Shown: positions 15,712 through 24,846 of the stretch, piece after piece
Position numbering within the stretch: position 1 is the stretch's first letter
Layout: each line of letters begins with the position of its first letter
DNA from: Acidobacteriota bacterium
GTDB taxonomy: Bacteria; Acidobacteriota; Vicinamibacteria; Vicinamibacterales; JAENWD01
Assembly: GCA_046731935.1 (NCBI GenBank)
Contig: JBKPMA010000256.1
Coordinates: 1-33,702 of the forward strand
Direction: 5' to 3'
DNA: 33,702 bases
Notes under the pieces: generated by a model
Seen by the model: the letters and a program-made list of their open reading frames with translations, nothing else
Databases searched by the model: none
Told to the model about the DNA's origin: nothing
Made by a program: the position numbers and the translations under genes

Positions 15712-17700
15712 ATGGATTTCATTGCTTACCACGACCGGACGAGTGCAGGCCATCAGTCGCACTTCGACCAGCTGTTTCCGCAGGGCTACCGGATGATCAG
15801 CTTGAGCGTTTATGGCGCCCGCCACGATGAACGCTACGCCGCCGTGTGGGTCAGGCGGGGCGCTCCCGACTGGTCCGCGGTGCATGGCGTCGATGGAGCT
15901 GGTTATCAGGCAGCGTTCGATCGCGCCGCCGCTGCCGGATACAAGCCAGTCCTTCTGTCGGCCGCCGGACCCGCGAACGATCCCGTGTTCGCCGGCACGT
16001 TCGAGCACACGACACAGGGTATTCCGCTCACTCGCTTCGGCCTGAGGAGCGGCGACGAGAACGATCCCTGGACGATCGAGCACTGGATTCGCGAAGCCCG
16101 GCGGAACAACTGGCATCCGACGGCCATTGCCGTGTACGGCGCGGGGAACGATCTTCGCTTCGCCGGGATCTGGGAGGCGAATCAGACCAGCGTCGCGTGG
16201 ACCGAGGCGGGGATTGCCGACGACGCCGGGACGTATCAGCAACGCTTCGATGCGCTGGTGCCTGCTGGCGGACGTCCGGTGCAGGTGGCGGTATCTCCCG
16301 ATGGCCGGTACGCGTCGATCTTTCGCGACGATCAGATCGGGCCCTGGGTTGCGCGACACGGCTTGACGAGCGCGGGGTATCAACAGGAATTCGATCGGCT
16401 GGTACCGCAGGGGTTCTATCCGATTGACGTGCACGCCGGCGGTCAGGGAGCAGCCACACGCTTCGCCGCGCTGTTCGCACAGCAGGAATCCGTTCAACCG
16501 CTCGTGTGGCACGCGCCGACCGGGCCGACGACGATCGCAGCCATCGACACGCTGGTACAGCAGGCAATGCAGCGCCATCGCATCCGTGGCGCGGGCGTGG
16601 CGCTCGTCAGGGACGCAAGGCTCGTGTACGCGAAGGGCTACACCCTCGCCGAGGCTGGCTATCCCTCAATCCAGCCGACCACGTTCTTCCGGCAGGCCAG
16701 CGTCTCGAAAACGATCGTCGCGCTGGCGGTGTACCGCCTCATACAGGACGGGCGGCTCACGCTCGCTACTCGCGTGCACGACGTGCTGCACCTGCAGCGT
16801 CCGGACGGCGCAGCACCACCAGCGAGCTTCACTCAGGTCACCGTCCAGCACCTGCTCGAGCACACCAGCGGACTGCCGAACGGCTGCTACGGCGTGGAGC
16901 CCCTCGTCGTCGCGGCATTCAACGCCGTGCCCGGTGGACCGCCGGCATCTCTGCCGGTCAATGGACAACAGACCGATCGCTACATGATCACGCTGCCAGC
17001 CACACCGCCCCCGGCGACGCCCATGTACAACAACTGGGGCTACTTCCTGCTGGGCCACGTCGTGATGGCCGTGACAGGCAGTGCGACGCTCGTGCAGGCA
17101 CTGGACGGACTGCTCTTTCAACCGCTCGGGATCACACGCATCCGTCAGGCGCGTACGCGGATCGAAGACCAGCCCGCAGACGAGGCGCGCTATCACGCGA
17201 CGACGTTGCCGGTGGGGCCCAGCATGGTCGTCCCCGATCGCCGGCTGATGTCGAGCGGGTACGGCGGATTCTGGAATTTCGAGCGGGACGATGCCGGGGG
17301 AGGACTGACGGGCTCGGTCGTCGACATGGCCCGCCTGCTCGCGATGCTGGACGTTCGCACGAACAATCCCGTCCTGACACCTGCGACCATCGGCAGCTTG
17401 TTCTCGAATGCCGCACAGCACGGCGGGCATGGATTCGATACGGCTGTCGTGTTGAACGCTGCCGCCGGCAGCTTCTACGGCATGAAGGGCGGCGACTTGC
17501 CCGAGAGCAGCCAGAATGGCGTCCGGTATCAGACGGGCGACTTCTCGATGGTCATCTGCTGGAATCGCAGCGACATCGCCGAGGGCGGTTCAGACGGCTG
17601 GTGGTACCCGGATTATCCGGCGCTGTTGACCATCGCGCGCGCGCAGTCGTGGCCGGCGACGGATCTGTTCCCCGGCTTCGGCATGCCGAGTCTCGTCTGA
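15712..17700 (+). CDS. Serine hydrolase (beta-lactamase/PBP fold) with five N-terminal polyglycine-hydrolase-like repeats
   Basis: Five ~50-aa repeats (e.g. WVARHGLTSAGYQQEFDRLVPQGFYP), ASVSK, LLEHTSG, YNNWGY; GGAGG RBS before ATG 15712. Confidence 0.85.
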   Translation: MDFIAYHDRTSAGHQSHFDQLFPQGYRMISLSVYGARHDERYAAVWVRRGAPDWSAVHGVDGAGYQAAFDRAAAAGYKPVLLSAAGPANDPVFAGTFEHTTQGIPLTRFGLRSGDENDPWTIEHWIREARRNNWHPTAIAVYGAGNDLRFAGIWEANQTSVAWTEAGIADDAGTYQQRFDALVPAGGRPVQVAVSPDGRYASIFRDDQIGPWVARHGLTSAGYQQEFDRLVPQGFYPIDVHAGGQGAATRFAALFAQQESVQPLVWHAPTGPTTIAAIDTLVQQAMQRHRIRGAGVALVRDARLVYAKGYTLAEAGYPSIQPTTFFRQASVSKTIVALAVYRLIQDGRLTLATRVHDVLHLQRPDGAAPPASFTQVTVQHLLEHTSGLPNGCYGVEPLVVAAFNAVPGGPPASLPVNGQQTDRYMITLPATPPPATPMYNNWGYFLLGHVVMAVTGSATLVQALDGLLFQPLGITRIRQARTRIEDQPADEARYHATTLPVGPSMVVPDRRLMSSGYGGFWNFERDDAGGGLTGSVVDMARLLAMLDVRTNNPVLTPATIGSLFSNAAQHGGHGFDTAVVLNAAAGSFYGMKGGDLPESSQNGVRYQTGDFSMVICWNRSDIAEGGSDGWWYPDYPALLTIARAQSWPATDLFPGFGMPSLV

Positions 17701-17728
17701 ATGCCGCCGCCGTGACAGGATCTCCGCC

Positions 17729-18121
17729 ATGGCAGAGACGGTCACGTCGCCGAGGTGGCGGTCGGTCCTGGGCGTTGTGGGCGGCACGCTGATTACGCTC
17801 AGTTCAGGCGCGCATTCGTTGCTTGGCTGGCCCAATGTGCGGCAGGAACTCACCTCGGCCGGCGTCGGCGGTGACTTGCTCTTCGGGATGCAGGCCGGCT
17901 GGCAGTTTGGCGGCGCCGCAATGCTGGTCATCGGAGTCACGCTGGTGGTCCTGTTCGCGCGGCGAGTTCGAGGCGCGGCGATCCCGACGTTCCCGGGCCT
18001 GATCACAGGCGTCGGCTATCTCGCGTTCGGTCTCTGGGCGCTGCTGGCCCACGGTTTCAACCCGTTTTTCTTCGTATTCATCGTGCCGGCGCTCCTGCTC
18101 CTCGTCGCGAGCACGGGCTGA
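17729..18121 (+). CDS. Small membrane protein (about 4 TM), hypothetical
   Basis: Four hydrophobic segments; AGGA RBS. Confidence 0.7.
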   Translation: MAETVTSPRWRSVLGVVGGTLITLSSGAHSLLGWPNVRQELTSAGVGGDLLFGMQAGWQFGGAAMLVIGVTLVVLFARRVRGAAIPTFPGLITGVGYLAFGLWALLAHGFNPFFFVFIVPALLLLVASTG

Positions 18122-18145
18122 ATTCCCCCCATCCCAGTTAGCCAC

Positions 18146-18175
18146 TTGACCGACCAAGTTGGTCGGATATATCCT
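18146..18175 (+). promoter_or_regulatory. Sigma-70 promoter with a perfect 8-1-8 palindrome in the spacer
   Basis: TTGACC-N18-TATCCT; CCGACCAA-G-TTGGTCGG at 18150-18166. Confidence 0.65.
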
Positions 18176-18188
18176 GCTCTGGCTTAAT

Positions 18189-18203
18189 TGAGACTGAGTC
18201 TCA
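18189..18203. promoter_or_regulatory. Fur-box-like 7-1-7 operator
   Basis: TGAGACT-G-AGTCTCA, resembling TGA(T/G)AAT-N-ATT(A/C)TCA, directly upstream of a siderophore receptor. Confidence 0.75.
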
Positions 18204-18230
18204 TTACTGATTTGGAGCCTGGAGCTCGTC

Positions 18231-20567
18231 ATGCGCCGTCTCGTCCGGTTCGCCGCCGCCCTCGCCGTGCTCGTGCCTTCGTCTGCCTTCGCCGCCGCAA
18301 CGGTGCCCGCCCCGCGCGCCACGGTCCGCGGCACAATCCTGGATCCCTCCCGAGCCGCCATCGTCGGCGCCAAGGTGTCGGCCGTGCCGACGCCGCAGGG
18401 ACTGTCCACCGACACGACGACAGACGAACGCGGTGCGTTCACGCTGAGCCTCGCCGAGGGACAGTACGTGCTGACTGTCGATGCGCCGGGGTTCACCACG
18501 CAGGCACAGCCGATCATGGCAGCCGTTGCCGATGCCGCGCCGCTCGAATTCGTGCTTCAGGTCGCGGGGTTCGAGGATCGAACGACCGTGACGGCGCCCA
18601 CGGGCTACGCCGTGCCCGTCGTCACGTCCGCCACGAAGACGGCTACGCCGCTGCGCGACGTGCCGCAATCGATCACCGTCGTTACCAACACGCTGATGAA
18701 GGATCAGCTGATGATGAGTATGGGTGACGTCGTGCGGTACGTGCCCGGCATGGCGGTGCATCAAGGTGAGAACAATCGCGACCAGGTGGTCATCCGCGGC
18801 AATAGCTCCTCCGCCGACTTCTTCGTCAACGGCGTGCGCGACGATGTGCAGTACTACCGGGACCTCTACAACCTGGATCGCGTCGAAGCGTTGAAGGGAC
18901 CGAACGCGATGATCTTCGGCCGCGGCGGGGGCGGCGGTGTGGTCAATCGCGTGACGAAGCAGGCGTTGTTCACCCCCTTGCGGGCGTTTACCGCACAGAC
19001 CGGCGCCTACGGTCACGCGCGGTTCAGCGGCGACCTCGACGAGCCGCTCTCGAGCAATGTCGCCATCCGCCTGAACGGCGTGTACGAACACTCCGACAGC
19101 TTCCGCGACCATGTCGGCCTCGAGCGCGGCGGGTTCAACCCGACGGCGACAGTCAGCGTCGGCGACCGCACGACAGTGACGCTCGGCTACGAGTTCCTGC
19201 ACGACACACGCGTCGCGGATCGCGGTATCACGTCGTATCAGGGGCGTCCCGCGGATGTCGGCGTCAGCACCTATTACGGCAATCCCGACGACAGTCACGT
19301 GCGCGCCACCGTCAACCTGGGAAGCGCGGTCATCGATCATCGGTTCAACGGCGGGTGGACGCTGACGAACCGGACCCTGATCGGCGGCTACGATCGCGGC
19401 TACCAGAATTACGTGCCGGGCGCCGTGTCCGCCGACAAGTCGCTCGTCTCGATGTCCGCCTACAACAACGCGACCGAGCGACTGAATCTCTTCAACCAGA
19501 CCGATCTGACGACGTCGCTGTCGACTGGTGCTGTCCGTCACACGGTGCTCTTCGGCACCGAGTTCGGCCGTCAGCTCACCGACAACTTCCGGAACACGGG
19601 TTATTTCGGCGACGTCGCGACGTCGATCCAGGTGCCGTACGCCAATCCGCTGGTCACGACGCCTGTGACGTTCCGGCAGAGTCTCACGGATGCCGACAAT
19701 CACCTGACGACCAACATTGCGGCAGCGTACGCACAGGATCAGGTCGCGTTGAACTCGCATGTGGACGTCATCGGCGGCGTCCGGTTCGACCGCTTCGATC
19801 TGAACTACACGAACAACCGGAACGGCGACCGGCTCGGACGCGTGGACAATCTGGTCTCACCCCGCGCCGGCGTCGTGGTGAAACCCATCACGCCGGTCTC
19901 GCTGTATGGCAGCTACGGCGTCTCCTACCTGCCGAGCTCCGGCGATCAGTTCTCGTCACTGACGGTGATCACGCAGCAGGTCGAGCCTGAGAAGTTCACG
20001 AACTATGAACTGGGCGCGAAGTGGGATGTGCGGCCGCTTCTCTCGGTAACCACGGCCGTCTATCGCCTCAACCGGACCAACACGCGATCGACGGATCCGA
20101 GCGATCCAACGCGCATCGTGCAGACGGGCAGCCAGCGCACCAACGGCTATGAGATCGGGCTGAACGGGCAGTTCACGTCGGACTGGAGCGTGGCGGGTGG
20201 GTACGCGTGGCAGGATGCGTTCGTAACGAGCGCGACGGCGGCGGCGAAGGAAGGTGCTCACGTCGCCCAGGTGCCGCACCATACGGTGTCGCTCTGGAAC
20301 AACTACCGCGTCCACCCGCGTGTCGCGGTCGGCGTCGGCGTCCTGCATCGGTCCGACATGTTTGCCGCAATCGACAACACCGTGGTGCTGCCTTCTTATA
20401 CGCGCGTCGACGGAGCCGTCTTCGTGACACTGACGCGCGCGCTGCGGCTGCAGGCAAATCTCGAAAACCTGTCGAATACGCGCTACTACATCAACGCGGA
20501 CAGCAACACGAATATTTCTCCAGGATCGCCCCGAGCGCTCCGAGTCGCGCTGACGACGGCATTCTGA
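18231..20567 (+). CDS. TonB-dependent siderophore receptor with N-terminal carboxypeptidase-regulatory-like domain
   Basis: Signal peptide, ATKTATPLRDVPQSITVV plug, RVEALKGPNAMIFGRGGGGGVVNRVTK, ENLSNTRYY, terminal Phe. Confidence 0.95.
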   Translation: MRRLVRFAAALAVLVPSSAFAAATVPAPRATVRGTILDPSRAAIVGAKVSAVPTPQGLSTDTTTDERGAFTLSLAEGQYVLTVDAPGFTTQAQPIMAAVADAAPLEFVLQVAGFEDRTTVTAPTGYAVPVVTSATKTATPLRDVPQSITVVTNTLMKDQLMMSMGDVVRYVPGMAVHQGENNRDQVVIRGNSSSADFFVNGVRDDVQYYRDLYNLDRVEALKGPNAMIFGRGGGGGVVNRVTKQALFTPLRAFTAQTGAYGHARFSGDLDEPLSSNVAIRLNGVYEHSDSFRDHVGLERGGFNPTATVSVGDRTTVTLGYEFLHDTRVADRGITSYQGRPADVGVSTYYGNPDDSHVRATVNLGSAVIDHRFNGGWTLTNRTLIGGYDRGYQNYVPGAVSADKSLVSMSAYNNATERLNLFNQTDLTTSLSTGAVRHTVLFGTEFGRQLTDNFRNTGYFGDVATSIQVPYANPLVTTPVTFRQSLTDADNHLTTNIAAAYAQDQVALNSHVDVIGGVRFDRFDLNYTNNRNGDRLGRVDNLVSPRAGVVVKPITPVSLYGSYGVSYLPSSGDQFSSLTVITQQVEPEKFTNYELGAKWDVRPLLSVTTAVYRLNRTNTRSTDPSDPTRIVQTGSQRTNGYEIGLNGQFTSDWSVAGGYAWQDAFVTSATAAAKEGAHVAQVPHHTVSLWNNYRVHPRVAVGVGVLHRSDMFAAIDNTVVLPSYTRVDGAVFVTLTRALRLQANLENLSNTRYYINADSNTNISPGSPRALRVALTTAF

Positions 20568-20572
20568 AAACG

Positions 20573-20675
20573 GGCTTCAGACTACGGACTACGGACTACG
20601 GACAGGCCCCCTCGAACTGTGAATCGGGCCCGTAGGCCGCAGACCGCAGACTGAAGACTGAAGACTGAAGACTGG
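20573..20675. repeat. Inverted pair of heptamer tandem arrays between convergent genes
   Basis: GGCTTCA (GACTACG)x3 ... CGTAGGC (CGCAGAC)x2 (TGAAGAC)x3; arms are imperfect reverse complements. Confidence 0.8.
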
Positions 20676-20676
20676 C

Positions 20677-23424
20677 TTACGACGACAGCGCCTCGACTGG
20701 ATTGACCCGTGCGGCACGTATGGCCGGTCCAACGCATGCGACGAGCGATGTCAGCGTCAGGACACAGATGACGACCAGGATCACGCCCGGATCGAAGGCC
20801 GTGATCCCGTACAGCTCCGAGGCGATGACGTATCGGAGCCCGTACGCGCCCATCAGGCCAGCCGCCAGCCCGATGCCGAGCAGGCCCAAGCCCTCCCGCA
20901 GCACCAACCTCAGAACGCGGGTCGCGTCGCTGCCGAGCGCCATCCGGATTCCGATCTCACGCGTCCGCTGCGCGACCTGATAGGCGAGCGTGCCATAGAG
21001 GCCGATCGCGGCCAGCAACAAGGCGACTGCGCCAAACGCCACCGACAGCAGCATCGGGGTCCGCCGACGCTCCAGGGATCGTTCGACGCGCTCGGACATC
21101 CTGAGGACGTCGTAGAACGCGATCTCCGGATCCAGTACGGACAACGCGCGCCGCACCGCGGCCGTGACCTCGCCCGACTCACTGCCGGTACGCACGACGA
21201 TGCCAACGCTCCGCGTCGCATCCTGCGCATACGGGAAATAGTACGCGCCAAGGCCGGTCTCGTCCCTGTCGCTGAGACCGGACATCCGCACGGTGCCAAC
21301 GACGCCGACGACTTGCATCCACGTGGCTTTCGGGCCGGGCTTGATCACGTCGCTTGGCTCCGACGGCAGATACATGCGCCGCCCGACCGGATCGAGACCG
21401 GGCCAGAACTTCTTCGCCAGTGCCTCGTCAACGATTGCCACTCGTGGTGCGCCCAGCGCGTCGCTTGCCGTGAAGAGTCTCCCGCGTCGGAGCGGTATCC
21501 GCATCAGCTCGAAATAGCCGGGTGCGGCACGCAGCTGGACGGGCGAGAGGACCGATTCACCAGGCGCCATCACATGGCCTTCCGCGAGGATCACGCTGTT
21601 GGTGACACCCCCCGAGAAGGGGAGCGTGCTCGCAGCGGCAGCGGCCTCGACCCCTGGGAGAGCGCGCAGCGTACTGAGCGCGCGATCGACGAATCCCCCC
21701 AGTGCCGCATCGTCCTTGTATCTGGCCTCGGGCAGCAGGAGACGACCGGTCAGTACACGCTCGGACGTGAATCCGGGATCGACGGCCAGCAGCTGCTGGA
21801 AGCTCGCCAGGAGCAGTCCGGCGCCGCACAAGAGCACGAACGCGAGAGCCACCTGCGCCACGACCAGTGTGCGCCGCGTGGTCCGCGAGCTGCGTCCGGC
21901 CGTGCCCGATCGTCCCTCTTCCCGCAGGACGCTGTTCAAGGTGAGCCCATTCAGCTGCAATGCGGGCACGACACCGACGATCAGTCCGAGCGCGAGCGCC
22001 AGTCCGACCGTGAACAAGACGACGACTGCGTCCATCCGGATCTCGGCCGCACGTGGCAGGTCCGCGAGGCCGATCCACGGAAGCGCGCCCAGGCTCCACC
22101 CGGCGAGCGCGAGCCCGAGTGCCGCGCCGGCCAGTGTGAGCAATCCCGTTTCGGTCAACAGTTGACGCGCGACCCGTATCTGCGCGGCGCCGATCGCGTG
22201 ACGCGTCGCGAGCTCCCGCATGCGACCGCTCGTCCGCGCCATCGCCAGGTTCGTGATGTTGACGGCGGCGATCAGCAGCACGCACAGCACGCCGCCCCAC
22301 AGCAGCTGGAGCGCCGTTTTGACGTTGCGGACGTAATCCTCTTGAAGCGACACGATGACCGTATGCGCGCCCGCGTTGACGAGGGCCTCTTTGAGCGGGC
22401 CGGCCTCGGCGATGTACATCTTCGTCAGGGCATCGAGTCGGGCCTGTGCCTGCGCCAGAGTCGCTCCCGGCGCAAGCCGTCCGATGAAGTCGTGATTCTG
22501 GCTGTGCCGTGCTTCCGCGGACCGTTCCTCGGCGGTGAACGCCAGCGGCACGTACACACGCACGTCGGGATCGAGAAATGCGAACGACTCGGGGACGATC
22601 CCGACGATCGTGTAGCGCTCGCCATTGAGGCGGATGTCATGCCCGATGACCGGGCCGCCGCCGAACTGCCGCTGCCAGTAGCCGGCGCTCAGAATCGCGA
22701 CGTGCTCGTGTCCGACGTCGCCGTCCGATTCGGCGAAGAGCCGTCCACTCGCGGCCTTGGCGCGAAGCACATGGAAGAACGACGGTGTCACTTCGGCGCC
22801 TTCGGTGCGCTGTGCGCGTCCTTTGTCACCGGCATCGAAGCCGCGGAACCGGTACAACGCGACCGAGTCGAACACCGCCGGCAGCTGACGGCGATCGAAG
22901 TAGTTCGGCACCGACGTGCCGGCACGCTCCACGCCGGCGCCGGGATACGAGTCGTACGCAAACACCAGGCGATCGGGTTCGGGATACGCGAACGGTCGCA
23001 GCAGCACCGAACGGACAATCGTAAAGATCGCCACGTTGGCACCAATCGCGACTGCGAGCGTGAGGATGAGCGCCAGTGCGTAGGAGCGATCTCTCCGGAG
23101 GAGCCGGATCGCAAACACGAGATCCTGCCGCAAGACGTCCATGGGCGTGATCCTTCCAACGGAGACTTCGGACAAACGGCGGACTGCGGCCTGGCGCCGC
23201 GCCGACCGCCAGCATTCGGCGCGATCGGCCGGTCCGTCCCGCAGCACACACAGGAGAGTTCTGATCCAGAGCAGCGCCAGCGCCGCCGGCCCCCGCGTGG
23301 CCGCGTCGGCATGGACCTGCGCGAACGTTCGAGCGGCTTCGGCGCCGCATGCACGCCGGAACTCGCGCGAGTACGCGCCGAGCAGGCACGCGTAGACGCG
23401 CTCCGGCGTCAGGCGGGCGCTCAT
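20677..23424 (-). CDS. ADOP-type duplicated MacB/FtsX permease
   Basis: QDLVFAIRLL, LTLAVAIGANVAIF, VLLRPFAY, two MacB_PCD/FtsX halves, RTREIGIRMALG, RAARVNPVEAL; no ATPase domain. Confidence 0.93.
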   Translation of the reverse strand: MSARLTPERVYACLLGAYSREFRRACGAEAARTFAQVHADAATRGPAALALLWIRTLLCVLRDGPADRAECWRSARRQAAVRRLSEVSVGRITPMDVLRQDLVFAIRLLRRDRSYALALILTLAVAIGANVAIFTIVRSVLLRPFAYPEPDRLVFAYDSYPGAGVERAGTSVPNYFDRRQLPAVFDSVALYRFRGFDAGDKGRAQRTEGAEVTPSFFHVLRAKAASGRLFAESDGDVGHEHVAILSAGYWQRQFGGGPVIGHDIRLNGERYTIVGIVPESFAFLDPDVRVYVPLAFTAEERSAEARHSQNHDFIGRLAPGATLAQAQARLDALTKMYIAEAGPLKEALVNAGAHTVIVSLQEDYVRNVKTALQLLWGGVLCVLLIAAVNITNLAMARTSGRMRELATRHAIGAAQIRVARQLLTETGLLTLAGAALGLALAGWSLGALPWIGLADLPRAAEIRMDAVVVLFTVGLALALGLIVGVVPALQLNGLTLNSVLREEGRSGTAGRSSRTTRRTLVVAQVALAFVLLCGAGLLLASFQQLLAVDPGFTSERVLTGRLLLPEARYKDDAALGGFVDRALSTLRALPGVEAAAAASTLPFSGGVTNSVILAEGHVMAPGESVLSPVQLRAAPGYFELMRIPLRRGRLFTASDALGAPRVAIVDEALAKKFWPGLDPVGRRMYLPSEPSDVIKPGPKATWMQVVGVVGTVRMSGLSDRDETGLGAYYFPYAQDATRSVGIVVRTGSESGEVTAAVRRALSVLDPEIAFYDVLRMSERVERSLERRRTPMLLSVAFGAVALLLAAIGLYGTLAYQVAQRTREIGIRMALGSDATRVLRLVLREGLGLLGIGLAAGLMGAYGLRYVIASELYGITAFDPGVILVVICVLTLTSLVACVGPAIRAARVNPVEALSS

Positions 23425-23762
23425 CGCGTGTCTCCGGGCAGCAGCTTCCGCGCGCGCGCCAGTTTCGCCAGACGGCTCAGCCGGGCCGCCTCGTCCGATG
23501 CCATGCGGCGGCCTGCCGGCGTCAGACGAAAATACCGCCGCTCGGGACCGCCATTCGAGTCGGGGCCGAGCGATTCTTCGATGAGGCCGTCCCGGTGCAG
23601 GCGCCGAAGCGCCCGGTAGAGGTTGGCCGGGTCCATGCGGACGCGGCCTTCAGACTCGGCTTCGATCGCCTTGACGAGGCCGTACCCGTGAAGCGTGCCG
23701 CCCGCGAGGGCGAGCAGAATGAGAAAGTCCCTGGGACCAAGAGGCTCGGTGCGGTCGGTCAC
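23421..23762 (-). CDS. PadR-family transcriptional regulator
   Basis: ILLALAGGTLHGYGL, LYRALRRL, RRYFRLTPAGR; stop overlaps the permease ATG. Confidence 0.93.
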   Translation of the reverse strand: MTDRTEPLGPRDFLILLALAGGTLHGYGLVKAIEAESEGRVRMDPANLYRALRRLHRDGLIEESLGPDSNGGPERRYFRLTPAGRRMASDEAARLSRLAKLARARKLLPGDTR

Positions 23763-23777
23763 GATGTGCCCGCCACG

Positions 23778-23806
23778 ATGGTAGTCGTCATTCGACTATG
23801 AGTCAA
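23778..23806 (-). promoter_or_regulatory. Sigma-70 promoter of padR1 with embedded palindrome
   Basis: TTGACT-N17-TACCAT; TAGTCG-N5-CGACTA at 23782-23798. Confidence 0.75.
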
Positions 23807-23838
23807 CTGACGGTTAGCCTCCATGTCATCATACGGGA

Positions 23839-24300
23839 ATGCCGTCACCTTCTCCGCTCTATCTCGACGACCTCACGGTGGGCCAACGCTTCACGAGCCG
23901 CACAGAGACAATCGACGCCGAGGCCATCGTGCGGTTCGCGCGCGAGTTCGATCCACAGGTGTTCCATCTCGATGCGGAAGCGGCGAAGCACACGTTCTTC
24001 AAGGGGCTCGTCGCGAGCGGGTGGCATACCGCCTCGGTCAGCATGCGCCTGTTCGTCGAGTCCACGCCGATTGCCGGCGGTTTGATTGGGGCGGGAGGCG
24101 AGGTGTCGTGGCCGAGGCCGACCTATCCAGGCGACACGCTGCACATCGAATCCGAGGTCACCGGGATCCAGCCATCACGATCGCGGCCAGATCGCGGCAT
24201 CGTGACGATTCGCACCGTGACGGCGAACCAGGACGGCGAGATCGTTCAGGTGCTGCAGGCGAAAATCGTCGTGCCGCGCCGGCCACAGGCGGGAGGATAG
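23839..24300 (+). CDS. MaoC-family dehydratase (hot-dog fold)
   Basis: LYLDDLTVG, FAREFDPQVFHLD, GLVASGWHT, WPRPTYPGDTL, SRSRPDRGIV. Confidence 0.92.
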   Translation: MPSPSPLYLDDLTVGQRFTSRTETIDAEAIVRFAREFDPQVFHLDAEAAKHTFFKGLVASGWHTASVSMRLFVESTPIAGGLIGAGGEVSWPRPTYPGDTLHIESEVTGIQPSRSRPDRGIVTIRTVTANQDGEIVQVLQAKIVVPRRPQAGG

Positions 24301-24336
24301 CCCAGGGCTCTCCTCCCGGCCCGATTCACGCGGTCG

Positions 24337-24672
24337 CTACTTGGCGCGCGGGTCGCACTGATTCGGACCCGAGTCGTTCGGGGCCCACACGCAGTTCTCG
24401 CCATCCTTCTTGAAGCGGCCCTTCTTGGGCTTGCATTGATCGGGGCCCTCGTCCTTCGCGTCCCACGTGCACTTGTCGCCGTCGGCCTTGAAGCGGCCCA
24501 GCTTCGGCGGTGTGCACTGATTGGGCCCATCGTCCTTGGCATCCCACACACACTTGCCGTCTGAATTGACCTTGTAGCGGCCCTTACCGGCGGACGCCGG
24601 TGTCAGACCCAGCACCGCCACGAAGGCGAGCAACAGGCCAAGCGTGCGCGCCGCGTTCCGTTGGTGTCTCAT
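24337..24672 (-). CDS. Secreted small protein with three Cys-pair tandem repeats
   Basis: Signal peptide ending ASA; GR[YF]K..G..C.W...D.GP[ND]QC.P x3; GGGGAG RBS; TATAAT at 24707-24702. Confidence 0.85.
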   Translation of the reverse strand: MRHQRNAARTLGLLLAFVAVLGLTPASAGKGRYKVNSDGKCVWDAKDDGPNQCTPPKLGRFKADGDKCTWDAKDEGPDQCKPKKGRFKKDGENCVWAPNDSGPNQCDPRAK

Positions 24673-24734
24673 GATTTACTCCCCTCTCGAGACGTGGCGC
24701 GATTATAAGTCCGGATTGCGATGCCGTCGGCGGA

Positions 24735-24774
24735 GGCCCGACCCCGACGGCCCGACCCCGAAGGCCCGACCCCG
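24735..24774. repeat. 14-bp tandem repeat x3 (GGCCCGACCCCGAM)
   Basis: GGCCCGACCCCGAC GGCCCGACCCCGAA GGCCCGACCCCG in a divergent intergenic region. Confidence 0.75.
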
Positions 24775-24846
24775 TTTGAGTCTGATGCGATAAGCTGGCG
24801 CGCGTCTCCCGGTCGCGGCCGACCGTTCACCTGGATGGAGTCTACG

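Noticed and set aside
20573-20675. CRISPR array
   Set aside because: Units are 7 bp and contiguous, with no spacers and no cas genes
21313-23619. Long antisense ORFs (768 aa here; also 7445-9088 and 18204-19760)
   Set aside because: Shadow frames of real genes in high-GC DNA; no motifs
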